Assembly: GCF_964194155.1 (NCBI RefSeq)
Contig: NC_135892.1
Coordinates: 50,592,001 to 50,656,000, forward strand
Length of the DNA: 64,000 nucleotides
From: Cetorhinus maximus
Taxonomy: Eukaryota
Direction: 5' to 3'
Below, one piece after another: positions 34,181-48,569 of the stretch. Below the pieces are notes generated by a model that saw only the letters and a program-made list of their open reading frames with translations, did not search any database and was not told the DNA's origin. Both the position numbers and the translations under genes were made by a program. How positions within the stretch are numbered: position 1 is the first letter of the stretch; each line of letters starts with the position of its first letter.

Positions 34181-35790
34181 CTGGAAGGACAGGAAAGAAA
34201 AGCATTGAAACAACATTCCAGAATATTGTGATAAGTGTTTAATTTTAATTTAGCTCTAAATTAAATTATGTAACATTTAAAAAGCCCGACAGTGCCAATA
34301 CTAACTGTGGCTCCTGAAAGGACATGCTCCCAATTTTGTTTTGAAAAGGAAATATTGTTCTAGGCCAATATCATCCTAACACCGTTGAAAAAGAAAAATG
34401 CTCTTGCGATATGCGCATTACAAATAAAATAACCATACCCTCCATCAAGTTCCTGCTTTGTACCACAAATTCAACCGAGGATAAACTGCTTTGCCTTTTC
34501 CACCATGAGGCTCAGACAGGAGTGCAACAGAACACATACCACTTGCCATGCAAACACAACACAGTTCAACATCATTCATGACAGGTCAGTACCCCAGGTT
34601 TAATATCCACTCTCATCATCATTGTGGTTACACTGAAGACCATCTACAGAATCCACTTCAGTAACTTACCAAGCTTACTTTGACTGCGCAACAACTCTCA
34701 CATGCAAATTCTATGACTGAGAAGGACAAGGGCAGCAACATCATGGGAAACCATCACCTCAAAGTGAGAGGTTATGTTAACCTAGACACGCATCACTTTT
34801 CCTTCATAGTCACTGGGTCCATAGCCTAGAATTCTTTAGTTCGCAGCATTTCAGGAGCATCTCTGCCACAAGAGCTGCAGCAGTTCAAAACTAGGCCTAC
34901 CTCCAGTGTCTCAAGGAAATAGGGATGGGCAATGAATAAGGCCTTTCCAGCATGGGGACGTGTTGAGAACAAATAATAAAAGGAAAGCTTAAATGACACT
35001 CCCTACCATTTGTGGTGTAATTTGCATTTACATCCATTATGCAACAACCATTCCTCCAAATGCATGAACCAGTAGCATTTCAGAATTTTACCTCAAATGG
35101 TAAGTTAACTTTGCATTGTCTGAAACACCAATGCTCTTTATCAAAAGTGGCCTTAACTTAAGTGGCTCTAACTTGAGTGACAATTTTGTAGCAATAAACC
35201 ACAGTTCTTTCAATGTGGATCTCAGCATAAATCACTTGATTTAAGAGCACTGTGTGTTATGTTCACTGAAAGTTTGTTGCAGGCAGTCAGTAGAAATACT
35301 TTACAAAATGACATTGATCTGGTAAACCCCAAATATAGAAAAATAATGAGGGATGGAAGAGGTAGGGACACAAGGCAATTTTGACAGTTCTTTTTGATTT
35401 GTAAGAAGAATATTCCTTCACGCAGATGTGAGAAGTTGGCAGTAAATTAATGCAATTTAATCAAAAGGCAAATAAATGAGAGATTACAGACTATAGTTAG
35501 TTTAAACATACACAATTAGCTTCTAAACTTGATCTGCTACTGGTTCTAGTCAGCACCAGAACAGGTGCGAGTAAGTCAAAATGAAAGAAAATGGAAAGCA
35601 GAAAAGGAAAATTATTTCAAGGTCATACTAAGAAAAACAGCAACCAAGTAAGTTTTCACTAACACCCATCATATATCAGGTATAAAATCACCTCCACCCT
35701 CAATTGCTACTTATAAGCATGTGGTGTTTTAAGTTTGAAGTGCTGGTAAACCTAAAAGTTCTGCATAAACTAAACCCTGCTGTTATTTAC

Positions 35791-36014
35791 CAATGGGAGG
35801 TCTTTAAGTCGTTTCGGAGATTCTTCCAAAGTAGGTGAATGAGGTCTTTTCGATGAAGAGCTGTTTGGGCTAGGATTTAGCTTGGTCCCATTTGGTAGCG
35901 GCTGGTTACATGGAGGAGATGTCAAACATGGAATTACACTACGCCCAACAACAGTGGGAATGGTACAGAGTGCTTGAGGAGGAGTGGGATTTGCAGTGGA
36001 AATCGGATCATTCT
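35791..36014 (-). CDS. PAPOLG: PAPOLG exon 19
   Basis: Contains CTIPTVVGRSVIP and KRPHSP...PKRLKD; 224 nt, phase 1/0. Confidence 0.95.
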
Positions 36015-36094
36015 CTGCAAGGAAAAGTTTATAGTTAACATCTGTGAAGTCACAATGTGTAGTCTTGCAAATCAGTTAGGAGAAGTTGACATAC

Positions 36095-36213
36095 TTGCAA
36101 GAATAACAGGTCTAGACTTCGCCTGGCCAAGCGGCGTTTCTGGAGAAGCACCCTCATTAGGTAGTAGTTTTGTTACATCTGAAGCTTGTACTTTTCCAGG
36201 GGAAATACTGTTT
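36095..36213 (-). CDS. PAPOLG: PAPOLG exon 18
   Basis: ag|NSISPGKV...QAKSRPVILA|gt; 119 nt, phases 2/1 fit the neighbours. Confidence 0.88.
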
Positions 36214-36305
36214 CTAGTAAAGAAAAATTAAAATTCTTCAGTGTCATAACGTTACAACACAGAATGCCAACATACTCAACATGTTCCACATGAAGTTTCA
36301 CATAC

Positions 36306-36487
36306 TTCTGCAAGTCCTCTGTTCCCAGAGTATTTGATTTACAAGATTTTTGTAACAGTGCAGGAGAACCAAGAGGGGTGCCAACATCAGTATCCCTTGA
36401 ACTGTCCAAAGGACTTCCTTCCAAAGAAGTGCGATTTTGATTACCAACATTTCCAGAAGAGTTCCGATTAATGTCAGGTATGCTTTG
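36306..36487 (-). CDS. PAPOLG: PAPOLG exon 17
   Basis: QSIPDINRNSSG...LDSSRDTDVGTPLGSP; 182 nt, phase 0/2. Confidence 0.94.
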
Positions 36488-36570
36488 CTGGAAGGCAAAC
36501 AGAATGAGAATTAAACAAAAATGCAATCAAAGGTAAAGAGCTGAATAAGTTCAATGCAGTGCACATTTAC

Positions 36571-36692
36571 CTTCTTCCTTTTCTGTAGAATTTCAGCCGG
36601 CAAATACTGATGGAGCTGCTTCTTTTTGACATGCGTAGCTTCAATTCTCATTTTCTCCTTCAGCATGTTAATATTGTTTGCTTGCCTGTATA
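36571..36692 (-). CDS. PAPOLG: PAPOLG exon 16
   Basis: YRQANNINMLKEKMRIEATHVKKKQLHQYLPAEILQKRKK (NLS region); 122 nt. Confidence 0.97.
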
Positions 36693-38019
36693 CTGCAATA
36701 TAAACCAGAATTGTTTCCAGGCAAGAGCAGAAGATAAGTAAAGAGGTGATTTGTAGAGTTAAATGATAAAACATCTTAACCAACAATATAGTTAGAATAC
36801 AGTATGGTGATTTTGCTTTGAAAGAAATTCTAGTAGTATTGCAGATTTAAGCATTCCTGTCCAGAGCTTTGTTTTGGTGATTGTGTAATCCCATTAGATA
36901 CTACAAAAATGGAAAACAGTTTAATTCCAGAAATAAAAACAGAAGGTGCTGGAAAAATTCAGCAGGTCTGGCAGTACAGTTAACATTTTGAATCCAATAT
37001 AATTTCTTCAGAACTGATTAATTTGAGGCAGTCCCGAGCAAATTTACATTCAAAGTTGTTACAAAAATGTTAAAATTGGCACACTATTTTTTCTGGTACC
37101 GTAAACATGCATTCCCTACTCCCATAAACGGAATATACAAACATACTAATCAATGGTATTCCTCATGCTGATTTTGGGGATGCACTCCTTTATAAAGAAG
37201 TGGTACACCCAGTGACAGTATTTTTAATAAATAATTTCTGATCCTCTGCATTCCTTACTGTTACTTTCTCACTTTGCACTATGAATTCAATCAGGGCATC
37301 TAAACCCAGCAACTCAAATTTTCCACTAACTGTTTCACTCATTACTGCAGCAGCAACCTTATTGAAAATTATGAAAAGCACATGGAAAAGAACTGACTGG
37401 ACCAGATGGATTACAAATCAGTGATTAACTTTAAAAAAACCATTTACAGCAATATGAAAGCTATGCATTACAGTCAGTACTGACAAGTTACCCTCTACTT
37501 AGTCTATATCAGTTTAGCAATGGATACTGTAGACATCAGATTGCAAAGAAAACCACCCGACTCCATTTCAAAGGGCATCTTTCCTAACACTGGAGGCATA
37601 CAGCCAATCTACAAGATATGAGTAGCACAATGCTTGCTATTGGTTAAGTCAAACCTTTATGGTTATATGCTTGGGCAAGAGCAAAACTTGCACCTTAAAT
37701 CAGGACCAATCCAAAACATCCACACACAATGCCACTAGCAAGCTGTTGCACGCCACAACAGGCAGTTACCAGTCTTTCATTAAGCAAATTCTGCCTAAGG
37801 TCTCCAGCTATACATCTTGAATGGGAATGCTTAATGCAGAACTAACCCCTGCCATGCAGCGCAAGTATGAATTAGACACTCGGAAACATGCTATTAGTTG
37901 GGACTCTTGTAAAATCTCTCCATTCTGTGCCTCCTGCAGTTACCAGTATTTCATTAAGCAAATTCTCCATGATCTCCAGCTGCACCCTGCTCTGCCATTT
38001 TAAACATACAAATTTTAAT

Positions 38020-38510
38020 CAGAAATAAAAACAGAAAATGCTGGAAATACTCAGCAGGTCAAGCAGTATCTGTGGAGAGTGTTTTAGGGTGATGGGGCAA
38101 GAAACAAAAAAGGATGTGTCGTGCACAGGTGCGTTATGCCTGAAAGCGAAAATAACAGGAAAACCGAAACATGCAAAAAAAGGGAAACAAAATGGGGGGG
38201 GCGGGGTTAAGAGTTTACGGTCTGAAATTGTCAAATTCAATGTCACGTCCAGAAGGCTGTGAAGTGCCTAACTGAAAGATGAGGTTCTGTTCCTCAAGCT
38301 TGCATTGATCTTTACTGGAACACTGTAGCAGGCCAAGGACAGATGTGTCAGTATGAGAGCAAGGTGAAGAATTAAATGACAGGCCACTGGAAATTTGGAG
38401 TCATGCTTGCAGAATGAATGGAGGTGTACCACAAAGCAGTCACCCAGTCTGTGTTTCTTCCGAATGTATTTCAGATTTCTAGCATCTGGGGTATTCTGTT
38501 TTTCTAATTT
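38020..38510. mobile_element. Penelope-derived element with inverted ends
   Basis: aaacagaaaatgctggaaatactcagcagg at the left end and inverse-type tagcatctg..gtattctgttttt at the right end; same motif family as 36930-37015 and 56880-57270. Confidence 0.5.
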
Positions 38511-38846
38511 TTTTTCAGGTCCTGCTTTAAAGCCACTGCTCTTCAAAAGCATCCAGTACTCCAGTCACTCAGATGTGATCCACCCATGAATTCCTCAGAC
38601 ACAGCTTTTTATTCTAAATTATTTTATTGTGGCCACCAGGGTACAAAATATTAAATTTTTCTCCTTTTAGTAGCAGTCTTATTAACTAAACCTTTGGGCA
38701 AGTTAAGCAATGAGTTATCAAGTGGAGCAACTTTAATTCCTGATTCAAGTTGTACTGCTGTCCCTTGCTAAGAACTTTGCAAAGATCAAGTTCTCCACCT
38801 GTTCTAGGCAGGTAATACTGAAAGGAAAGCAGCACAATGCTTATTT

Positions 38847-41800
38847 AGAATCACAAAGTTTACAGCACAGAAAGGAGGCCATTTGGACCACCGTGACTGC
38901 ACCGGCCAAAAAACAAGCCACCCAGGCTAATCCCACGCTCCAGCATTTGGTCTGTAGCTCTGCAGGTTACGGCACCTCGGGTGCATATCCAAATACTTTG
39001 CCTCTACTATCCTTTCAGGCTCTTAGAACCCCCTGGATAAAAAAACATTTCCTAGTCTCCCCACTAATCCTTCTGCCAATCACTTTAAATCTATGCCCCC
39101 CAATCACTGGCCTCTCTACTAAAGTAAAAATACCCTTCCCACCCACTCTATCCAGGCCCCTCACAATTCTGTACATCTCAATCAAATCTCCTCTCCGCCT
39201 TCTCTGTTTCAAGGAGAACAACCCTAGCCTTTCCTCATAGCTGCAATTTTCCAATCCTCATAAATCTCTTCTGTATCCTCTCTAGTGCAATTACATCCTT
39301 TCTGTAAATGACCAGAACTGCTCACACTACTCAAGTTGTGGCCTAACTAATGTTTTATATAGTTCCTGCATAACCTCCCTGCTCTTATATTCATTGCTTC
39401 AGCTAATAAAAGGAAAGGATTCCATGTGCCTTAATCACCTTATTGATCTGTCCTGCTACATTCAGGGATCTGTGGACATTCACTCTCGAGTCCCTCCCTT
39501 CCTCTACACCGGAGTAGCCTCCCATTTATTGTATCCCTTGCTTTGTTTGACCTCCCCAAATGCATCAACCCAGAGAACTGAGAGGTGAATTCCATTTGCC
39601 ACTTTTCTGCCCACCTGACCAGTCCATTGCTATCTTCCTGCAGTCTACAGCTATCCTCCTCGCGGCCAATTTTTGTGTCGTCTGCAAACTTCTTGATCAG
39701 TCCCCCTACATTCAAGTCCAAATCATTAAAATTTACCACAAAAAGCAGGGGACCTAGTTCTGAGCCCTGCAAAACCCCAATGGAAACAGCCTTCCAGTCG
39801 CAACAACACCCATCAACAATTACTCTGGTTTCCTGCCACTAAGCCAATTTTGTATCCAGTTTGCTACATTCCCTGGGATCCCATGGGCTTTTACTTTTTT
39901 TTTTACCCGGTCTATGTGGAACCCTGTCAAAAGGCTTGCTAAAATCCATGTAGACTGCACCAACCTCAATTCTCCTAGTTCCTTCCTCAAAAAATTCAAA
40001 TGTGTCAGATATGACCTTCCCTTAAATTCATAATGACTGTCCTCGATTAATCTGTGCCTAAGTGACAGTTTATCCTGTACCTCAGAATTGATTCCAATAA
40101 TTTGTCTGACCGACTGGCCTGTAATTATTCAGTCTATCCCTCACTCCCTTTTTAAACAAAGGTACAATATTAGCAAGCCTCCAATCCTTCTGATCCTCAC
40201 CTGTATCCAGTGAGGATTGGAAAATGATGGTCAGACCCTCAGCTATTTCCTCCCTGGCTTCTTTTAACAAGTCTGGGGTACATTTCATCCGGCTTGGTGA
40301 TTTATCTGCTTTCAAGGATGCTAATCCCCTTAATGCTTCCTCTCTCCCTATGTTTATCACATCCAATACTTAACACTCCTCCTCCTTAACCAATGTTTGC
40401 ATTGGCCCCCTTTTTGCGAAGACAGATGTAAATTATTCATTAAGAACCATACCTGCATCTTCTGCCTCTACACATAGGTTACCTTTTTTTGGTCTTTTAT
40501 GGGCCCTGCTCTTTCCTTGGTTATCCTCTTACTCTATGTTTTGGTAAAAACATTTTTTGGGTTCTCCTGGGTTTTGCTTGCTAATATTCTTTCATGCCTT
40601 CTCTTTGCTTTCCTAATTTCATTTCTGATTAAGCCCTCCACTTTCTATATTCCTCTCAGCTTTCTGTAGTATTGAGTTGCGTGTCTGACATGAGCTTTCC
40701 TTTACTGATCATCCAGGGGGCTCTAGATTTGGCCGTCCTACCCTTTTTCTTTGTGGGAACATGTTTACTCTGAACCCCTTGAATCTCCACTTTGATTGCC
40801 TCCCAATAATCTGACACTGATTTACCTTCAAGTAGCGGTTTCCAGTCCACTTTTAATAAATCACTCCTCAGCTTAGTAAAATTGTCCTTGCCTCAATTTA
40901 GAGCTTTAACTCCTGTTCTTTTTTCCTTTTCCATAATTATGTTAAAACTAACTGAATTACGATCACTAACACCAAAATGCTCTCCCACTGTCACTCCTTC
41001 TACCTGCTCAGCTTCATTTCCTAAAACTAAGTCCAGAACCACACCCTCTCTTGTTGGACTTGCTACATACTGGCCAAAAAAGTTCTCCTGAATGCACCTT
41101 AAGAATTCTGTTCCCTCCATCCCTTTCATACAAATATTATTCCAGTTAATATTGGGGTAGTTAAAATTCTCTACTATTACTGCCCCATTGTTACTGCACT
41201 TCTCAGATTTGTCTACATATTTGCTCTTCTCCCTCTGACTGTTTGGGGGTCCATAGTACACGCCCCAGTAATGTGACTGCCTCTTTTTTGTTCCTATGCT
41301 CAATCCATATGGCCTCAATTGATGATCCTTCTGACATAATCCCAACTCACAGCTGTAATTTCTTCTCTAACCAAAACTGCCACCAGCCCCCGCTTTTATC
41401 TCCCTCAAAAACCCTGTAACCAGGAATGTTGAGCAGCCATTCCTCTCCCTCTTTAATTCATGTTTCTGCAATAGCTATGATATCATACTGCCACGTTTCT
41501 AACCATGCCCTCAGCTTGCGTGCTTTATTTGCTATGCTCCTTGCATTCTAGTACATACCCTTGAGTACAGCCAAACTCTTTTATTTTCTATGTTTTGTTT
41601 CCTCTGCCTTCCAGACTTATTCACTGATTTTCTGCCTTACATTACCATTTCTGATTTTGCCCCATCTGAGTCTACCCTCAGGTTCCCACCCCACTGCTAA
41701 CCTAGTTTAAACCCTCCCCAACAGCACTAGCAAACCTCCAGGCAAGGATATTGGTCCCGGCCCCGTCGGGGTGCAAACCATCCAGTTTGTACAGGTCCCA

Positions 41801-42965
41801 TCACCCCCCCAATCAGTCCCAATGCCCCAAAAATCTGAACCCCTCCTTCCTTCACCATCTCTCTGGCCACACATTCATCAGTTCTAACCTCCTATTTCTA
41901 TGCTCAATAGCACGTGGCACTGGCAGTAATCCGGAGATCACTACCTCTAAAGGTCCCGATTTTTAATGTCTTACCTAGTTCCCTAAAATCTGCCTTCAGG
42001 ACCTCATCCATCTTTCTACCTATGTCATTGATACCAACGTGAGCCAACACCTCTGGCTATTCACCGGCCCCCTTAAGAATGCCCTGGAGCCCCTCTGTGA
42101 TATCCTTGACCCTGGCACCTGGGAGGCAACATACCATCCTGGAGTCATGTCTATGGCCACAGAAACACCCGTCTTTTCCTCTGACTATCAAATCTAATAC
42201 CACTATTCTTCTTCAACTGTTCTTCCTTCCCGCCTGTGCAGCTGAGCCACCTGTGGAGCCTTGAATTTGGCTCTTGCTGCACTCCTCTGGGGAACCATTG
42301 CCTTCTATGGCTTCCAAAATGGAAAACTGGTTCTTGAGTGACAAAGGCTCAGAGGGGGACTCCTGCACTACCTGGTGGTCACCACATTCCCTCTCTGCCT
42401 GCAAGCTCCTAACCTGTGGTGTGACCACCTCCCTAAAGCATGCTATCCATGTGGTCCTCAGCACTGTGGATGCACCACCGCGACTCCAACTGCTGCTCTA
42501 GTTCCGGAACCCGGAGCTCAAGTTTGTACACCTGGTGACGCTTCCTGCACATGTGCTTGACTAGGCCATGTGGAGTGTCCATGACTCCCCACATGCCACA
42601 GGATGGGCATTCAGGTGGCCGAGCAGCCCTGCTTACTTTTGGACTATTTAGCATAAACTGGAGGCTGCTAAGTAGACTTACTTACTGATCAGCTCCTTCT
42701 CCTGAGCCTATAAATTGGTTACTTAAAGGTTATGTAAAGCTTACCTTTTTTTATAATCCAGCTATTCACACAATGTTAATTACTTTTTCAATTAATTGTT
42801 AATCCCCACTACTCCCAATAAGCTTTACTACTACTATAAAAACCTTACTACTAATAAAACCTTACAGTTACCAATAAATGGTACCAGTTCTCAAAAGCTA
42901 AACGAGCAAAATATTCACCAACCACTTACCTGGTTCCCTGTGACGCCACACTTGATTTTCTCTGA
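38847..42965 (-). mobile_element. Near full-length degenerate CR1 LINE in PAPOLG intron 15 (sense to the gene)
   Basis: ORF1 zinc finger (CPSCGMW...HMCRKRH) and esterase remnant; ORF2 endonuclease (YYGPPN, LDLVLGN, SDRN) and RT (FADDTK); 3'UTR at 38847-38990. Confidence 0.93.
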
Positions 42966-44540
42966 ATCTGGTTGGTCCACAGATTAGACCTCAATTGTTC
43001 TTAAGTCTATAGCATTTATCATGGCTACTGATCCTCCTGTGATCTTCTGATGCACCACTTAATTGTACTTTGGACTGTATTAAAGAATCAAAGCCTTCTT
43101 GCCCACATTTAACAGCTTATTTTGCATTCTTACAAGAATGTTTCCTACATCTATAAAAATACCGTGTCTTTCAGTTTCAGTGCATCTTCCTGGGTTGAAA
43201 TTTAGTTCCATAAGAGAAATTACCAGGTCTAAAATTAAGGTTCTTTGCATCACTATTGGACATCTAAATAGTGATACAATACCCCTTATTGTAGATTTAA
43301 ATTGGGGTTCTGTTTCATTCTTTACCAGTTTTAACAATAAAGACTCTCATGCAAGATTGAAATTGGAAATGAAAATCTGAGTATGAAGGGAAAAGAAATG
43401 CCATTCACGTCAAGTTACAAAATAAAACTATAAAATGAATTAAGAAAAAAATTCTAATCTTTACCCTGTAAAGCAACCCAGAACATTGCATTTCTACCAC
43501 TGATTGCAAAACAGATAATCTGCTGAACAATGAAGCTTGTAACTTTAGACTGGTCATGGTCTATTTACTCCAGATTAGCTCTTAGGTGGTCCAGAAGCAT
43601 AGCTTGATTGCTTTCAAATGGAGCTGCTCTGGAATACATAATCTGCAAAGACACCACATAGTAGCCTAGTTGCAGAATTTAAACATTGCAGATCCCGTAT
43701 GAGGCAAACATTTTTGACTTGAAGTGCAAGATGAGGACATAGTTACAGTTATAAATTAGAAATTGAGATATTAGAAACATTGTGATTAGGTGAGAAACAG
43801 GAGTAACTAGCTGCATATCTACATCTGATGATAAAGTTGGGGGAAAACGGCGAATTGTGACAAAGAAACCCTTGGATTGCAGATCATTGGTAAAGCATGT
43901 GGAAGACTGCCAAGTTGCCTTGAATGCTGAAAAATTGAGTTTGACAGAACTTCAGTGCAAGACATTTTGAAGGGTATCTTTTTAAAACTTTTTTTCCACA
44001 ACATCTAATCATTCGAAGTGTATTTAATGAAAAGTAGGTTGACATGGAGCTACCCACAACCAGTATGCTGCAAAAGAGGCTATTAGGTGTTTTCCTTATA
44101 TGAGATGAAACCGGATGATAAAAATATGAAATATAAACATTTGAGAGCATTATAGCAAGAGGAGTCTGAAATTACTCTTCTTGGAATGAACAGTATGTCA
44201 GATAATGCAACATAGTTACTGGAGACTGAGTGGATAGCATTACGTAAATTTCAAGAGTTAAACTACAAAGGCACCAAGAATTTTAGTCAAAGTACAAACA
44301 GGATGTCCAAATTCAAGCTGCAATTTTTAGAAAGGTGCTAAAATTAATCCATGCAACTTATTTTTGCGTGGACACCACAAATCTGCTAAACTTTGTAGGC
44401 TAGATTATAAAAGGAAGAGATTACAAGACTTTATCTCATCCTAGTAAGTCCAAGGACTTCAGTTCTAAATTGTAGTCCACAAACATATGAAACCATCGAA
44501 GACACTACTGAACTGATCAAATTAATGAATAACTCTTTAC

Positions 44541-44650
44541 CTGTATCAGTGAATAATTGAATATCTTGTGTCAGATCAATGTTTACACTTTCTGCATTTT
44601 CCACCTTCTTAAAAATGATTCCAATAAACCAGATGGTAACATAATCATCC
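44541..44650 (-). CDS. PAPOLG: PAPOLG exon 15
   Basis: DDYVTIWFIGIIFKKVENAESVNIDLTQDIQLFTDT; 110 nt. Confidence 0.97.
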
Positions 44651-45659
44651 CTACAGAAAAGAAAAAAAAGGTAAGACATATTTGGGCCATATTTTGCAGT
44701 CAGCAGCAAAATGACAACATTCGTCACTCAACTTGAAAAAACCTCAAAGATTTAGCAATCTCTGGTGCGAATTTCACCTTTCTAAATGTTAATTTAATTT
44801 GGCATCAACTCATGGCATCCAGCAAGAGTAATGCCATCAAGAGGCTAAGCAGCCAATCAGGTTGAAGAGTTTTCACGAAGAAACAGAAATTACCACTTGA
44901 GGCAGCCATTTGCCAAACATGTTTGTGCAGACTAAAAGAGCTAATCCCACTTTCCTGCTCTTGGCCCATTGCCCTGCAGGTTATGGCAGTAATTCTCAAA
45001 CATTTTTGGTTGAAGGCCCCCCTTCAAATGAATAATCATGGATCCTCATCTAAATGATAATACCGTATCATACAAAAGAGAGTTTTGTAATAATGCATTT
45101 AAGAAAAAAAGTATTTACTTAAAGCTATCAGTAAGATGGGTGCGCCTGCTTCTCAGAGTCTGTTGATCCCTGGTGTGATATTTACCAACGATACTCGTAA
45201 TTCATATACAAAACCCAATTTTTATTTTCCCAGGAAAAAAGATGGAATTGCAAAATTTGGTCCCAAAACACCCGCTAAAAAAAAATCAATGCAACTAAAA
45301 ATAGAATTTGATTTAGTCATTCTGGTAAAGCCTCGATTCACGAGAGCACTTAGAGACTGCCCAAGATGGTCTCACACTTGTTTGATAGCTTTGTGCTTCT
45401 CCTCGAGTCATTGAGCATCAATACAAGACTCAAATTCTGCCATATCACTCCTCACGGGACTTTTAACCAAACAGCTCAGTGTCTTAAGCAGTGGCAAGAT
45501 GTTCCAAGTGGCTACATGATAGCAAAACAAGATCCAAGAACTGACCACTTTGCCCATCAGGCCTTGCTCAGTAAGTGCTTTCAAGTTATTGTGTATACTC
45601 CTTGGAAAGTCTCCTTGCATTCTAGTTTGAGAACCACTAGGTTATAGCACTTCAATTTA

Positions 45660-46840
45660 AAAAAAAATGCAATGAGGGTTTCCGCCTCCCTGTTGCCGAC
45701 TTGAGTGTTCCAGACCCACCACCCTTTGGCTGAAGATGTTTTTCAGCTCCCCTTGAATCCTTCTGCCAATTACTTTAAATCTATACCTCCTGGTTATTAA
45801 CCTCTCTACTAATGGAAATAGGGCCTTCCTATTCACTCTCTCTAGGCCCCCCTCAATTAAATCACCCCTCAGCCTCCTCTGTCCCAAAGAAAACAAACCC
45901 AGCTAATCTAAAAACTTTCCTGATAGCTAAAATTTTCCATTCTTGGCAACATCCTCATAAATCACCTCTGTACTCTCTAGTGCAATCACACCCTTCCTAT
46001 AATGTGGTGACCAGAACTGTATACTGTACTCTAGCTGTGGCCTTACTAGTACTTTGTTCAGTTCTAGTATAATCTTTCTGCTTTTATGCTCTAGGCCTTG
46101 GCTAAAAAAGGGAAAATGTCCTAAATGCCATCTTAACCACCTCATCTACCTGTCCTGCTACCCTCAGGGATTTGTGGACTAAGGTCCCTCCATTCCTCTA
46201 AAATGCTCACTATTCTGTCATCTATTGCATTTACCCTCGTCATTTGTCCTCCCCATGACATTCCCTCATACTTCTCCATATTGAATTCCATTTGTCACTG
46301 TTACCATTCTGATCAGTCCATTGATATCTTCCTGCAGTCTACAACTTTCTCTTTCACTAAACAAAATAAATGGACTGTGTGGTTGATAATCATTTACAAC
46401 TTAATTGTGTCCTCAACATTAAGACTACATCATTGATATATATCCCCACAATAAGCAAGGGAGCTAGAACTGAGCCTTGGCAGAACCCCACTGTGAAACA
46501 GCCTTCAAGTCACAAAAATGGCCATTGACCATAATCCTTGGTTTCCTGCCACTGAGCCAATTTTGGATCCCATGGCCTCTTACTTTTCTGATCATTCAGC
46601 CATGCCAGAAGTCTTGCTGAAATCCATGTGGACTACAAGTGATACACTACAGTCATCGACCCTCCTTGAAATTCAATCAAGTTAGTCAGACTCAACCAAT
46701 CTTTAACAAATCCACACTGTTTGCCCTTGATAGATCTGTGCCATTCTAAATGACAATTTATGCTGTCCTCAATTTTTTCTAATAATTTGACCACCACAGA
46801 CTGACAGGTCTGTAATGACTTGGACGATCCCTTCCTCCCT
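45660..46840 (-). mobile_element. CR1 LINE RT fragment
   Basis: QRRLRGDLIE and VRPQLEYSIQFWSPHYRK motifs. Confidence 0.85.
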
Positions 46841-47329
46841 TTTTAAGCAGACAGCAAACTGGGAAATAAGCACAGAATATCCTTCACTTTAATCGCTTTA
46901 CAAATAATGAAATAAAACACTGGAACATGCACTTGGGGTTAAGGAGGAGCTGAAATATCAATATTTTAAAAATAATTGGAATTTTTATCATAATGCAGAA
47001 ATTTGATATTCCACAAGCATAAAATTAGTTTTTCAGGGCCAGAGATATTATTCTGCAGTAATTATGAACCTGTTGAGTGAGATGTAACTAAGGCTTTTTA
47101 CTGAGGAATCAATAGCATACAAGGTGAAAATTCACATCAATTCAAGAGTTTAACAATTTTCATCTGCTGTGACTTTTCAATGCACACCCTGTGAGGAAGT
47201 AGAAAATCACTGATAGTAACTTCTGGGATTTTCATGTTTAACTATGCATATGTGGACACCTGAAGTTGCTGTCATGTTGATAGTGCCATAATTACAATAT
47301 CCGGGCTTTTGTCGGCTTTTATAACCTGA

Positions 47330-48180
47330 TACACAGCATAAAGGAAAATGAGTAGGCCATTCAGTCCCGAGTCTATTCTGCCATTCAATAAGATCATGGT
47401 GAATCTGTACCTTAAGTCCATGTACCTGCTTTTGTTCCATATCCATTGTCTAACATAAAATAAACGCAAGTCTTGAAACTTTCAATTGATCCATTATCTA
47501 CAGCCTTTTGATGGAGAGAGTTCCAAATTTACACTACCCTTTGTGAAATGAACTTCCTGATTTCACCCCTAAATGGCCCAACTCTAATTTATGATGATGC
47601 TCCCTCGTTTTGGAATCGTCCACCAGAAGTCAAGTTTTCCTGCATTAATTATTTTGAATATGTCAATTCGACATCTCCTCAATTTTTCAAACTCAAGAAA
47701 ATGAAACCAAGTTTATGCAACTGGCCTTGGGGCTTGAAGGGGCAAATGATGGCACAATTCTAATGAATCTGCACTCCAACTGAGATACAATGTTGAAAAT
47801 TGAAAGCAGTGCTCCAGTTAGGTTCTAACCAAAGTCTCTTTGTATCCCCAGAGATAAAGCCCAACATTCCATTTTCTATTGCAGTTGCCTTTTGTTCCTG
47901 TGCACTAACATTTAGCGATTTGTGAGTAACTAAATCTTTGCTGCACATGTCTCAACAATAAGAAAATATTGCGATTTATTTCACTTGGATCTAAAGTGGA
48001 TGATGTCACACTTCTCCACATTGAATGACACCTGCAAAATTAAGTCCCTTTGTAACTTTCTGCTCCCATCAAAGCAACTTACTATTCTGCCCAAATTAGT
48101 ATCTTCTGTAAACTTGGATATACGTTTCTAATCCTTCATGCAAGTTATTGTTACATATATGAACAGAGGCCCCAGTACAG
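47330..48180 (-). mobile_element. Older CR1 LINE 3' fragment
   Basis: NGMLGFIS motif and CR1 3'UTR (accatgatcttattgaatggcag). Confidence 0.7.
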
Positions 48181-48569
48181 ATAACTTGGGGGGGAGGTGG
48201 GGGGGGTGGAAAATGTGGTGCAGATTAGACATAATCTATGAATAGCAAAGCAGGTTCAAGGGGTTGAGTGGCCTACTTCTGATCTTCTATAAGATTTTTG
48301 CAGGGTGCACAAATCTTCCACACCACAGGGTAGGGTACAGCACAAATTCATAATCCTAATTATTGGTAGTAGTACATCATTAAAGCTTTGGGGCAAATGT
48401 TGAAAAAACTCAGATGGGAATGCTTCAGTATAAACAGGCCTAATAATCAATTTGCCAATTTCTCTCATCTATCTAGAAGTCTTTTAGAATACCTAGAATC
48501 CCATGATTCTTATTTTTTTAATTTGCAGAAAACTGTACTCCTATTTTGAACTTTATGAACACTGGCATC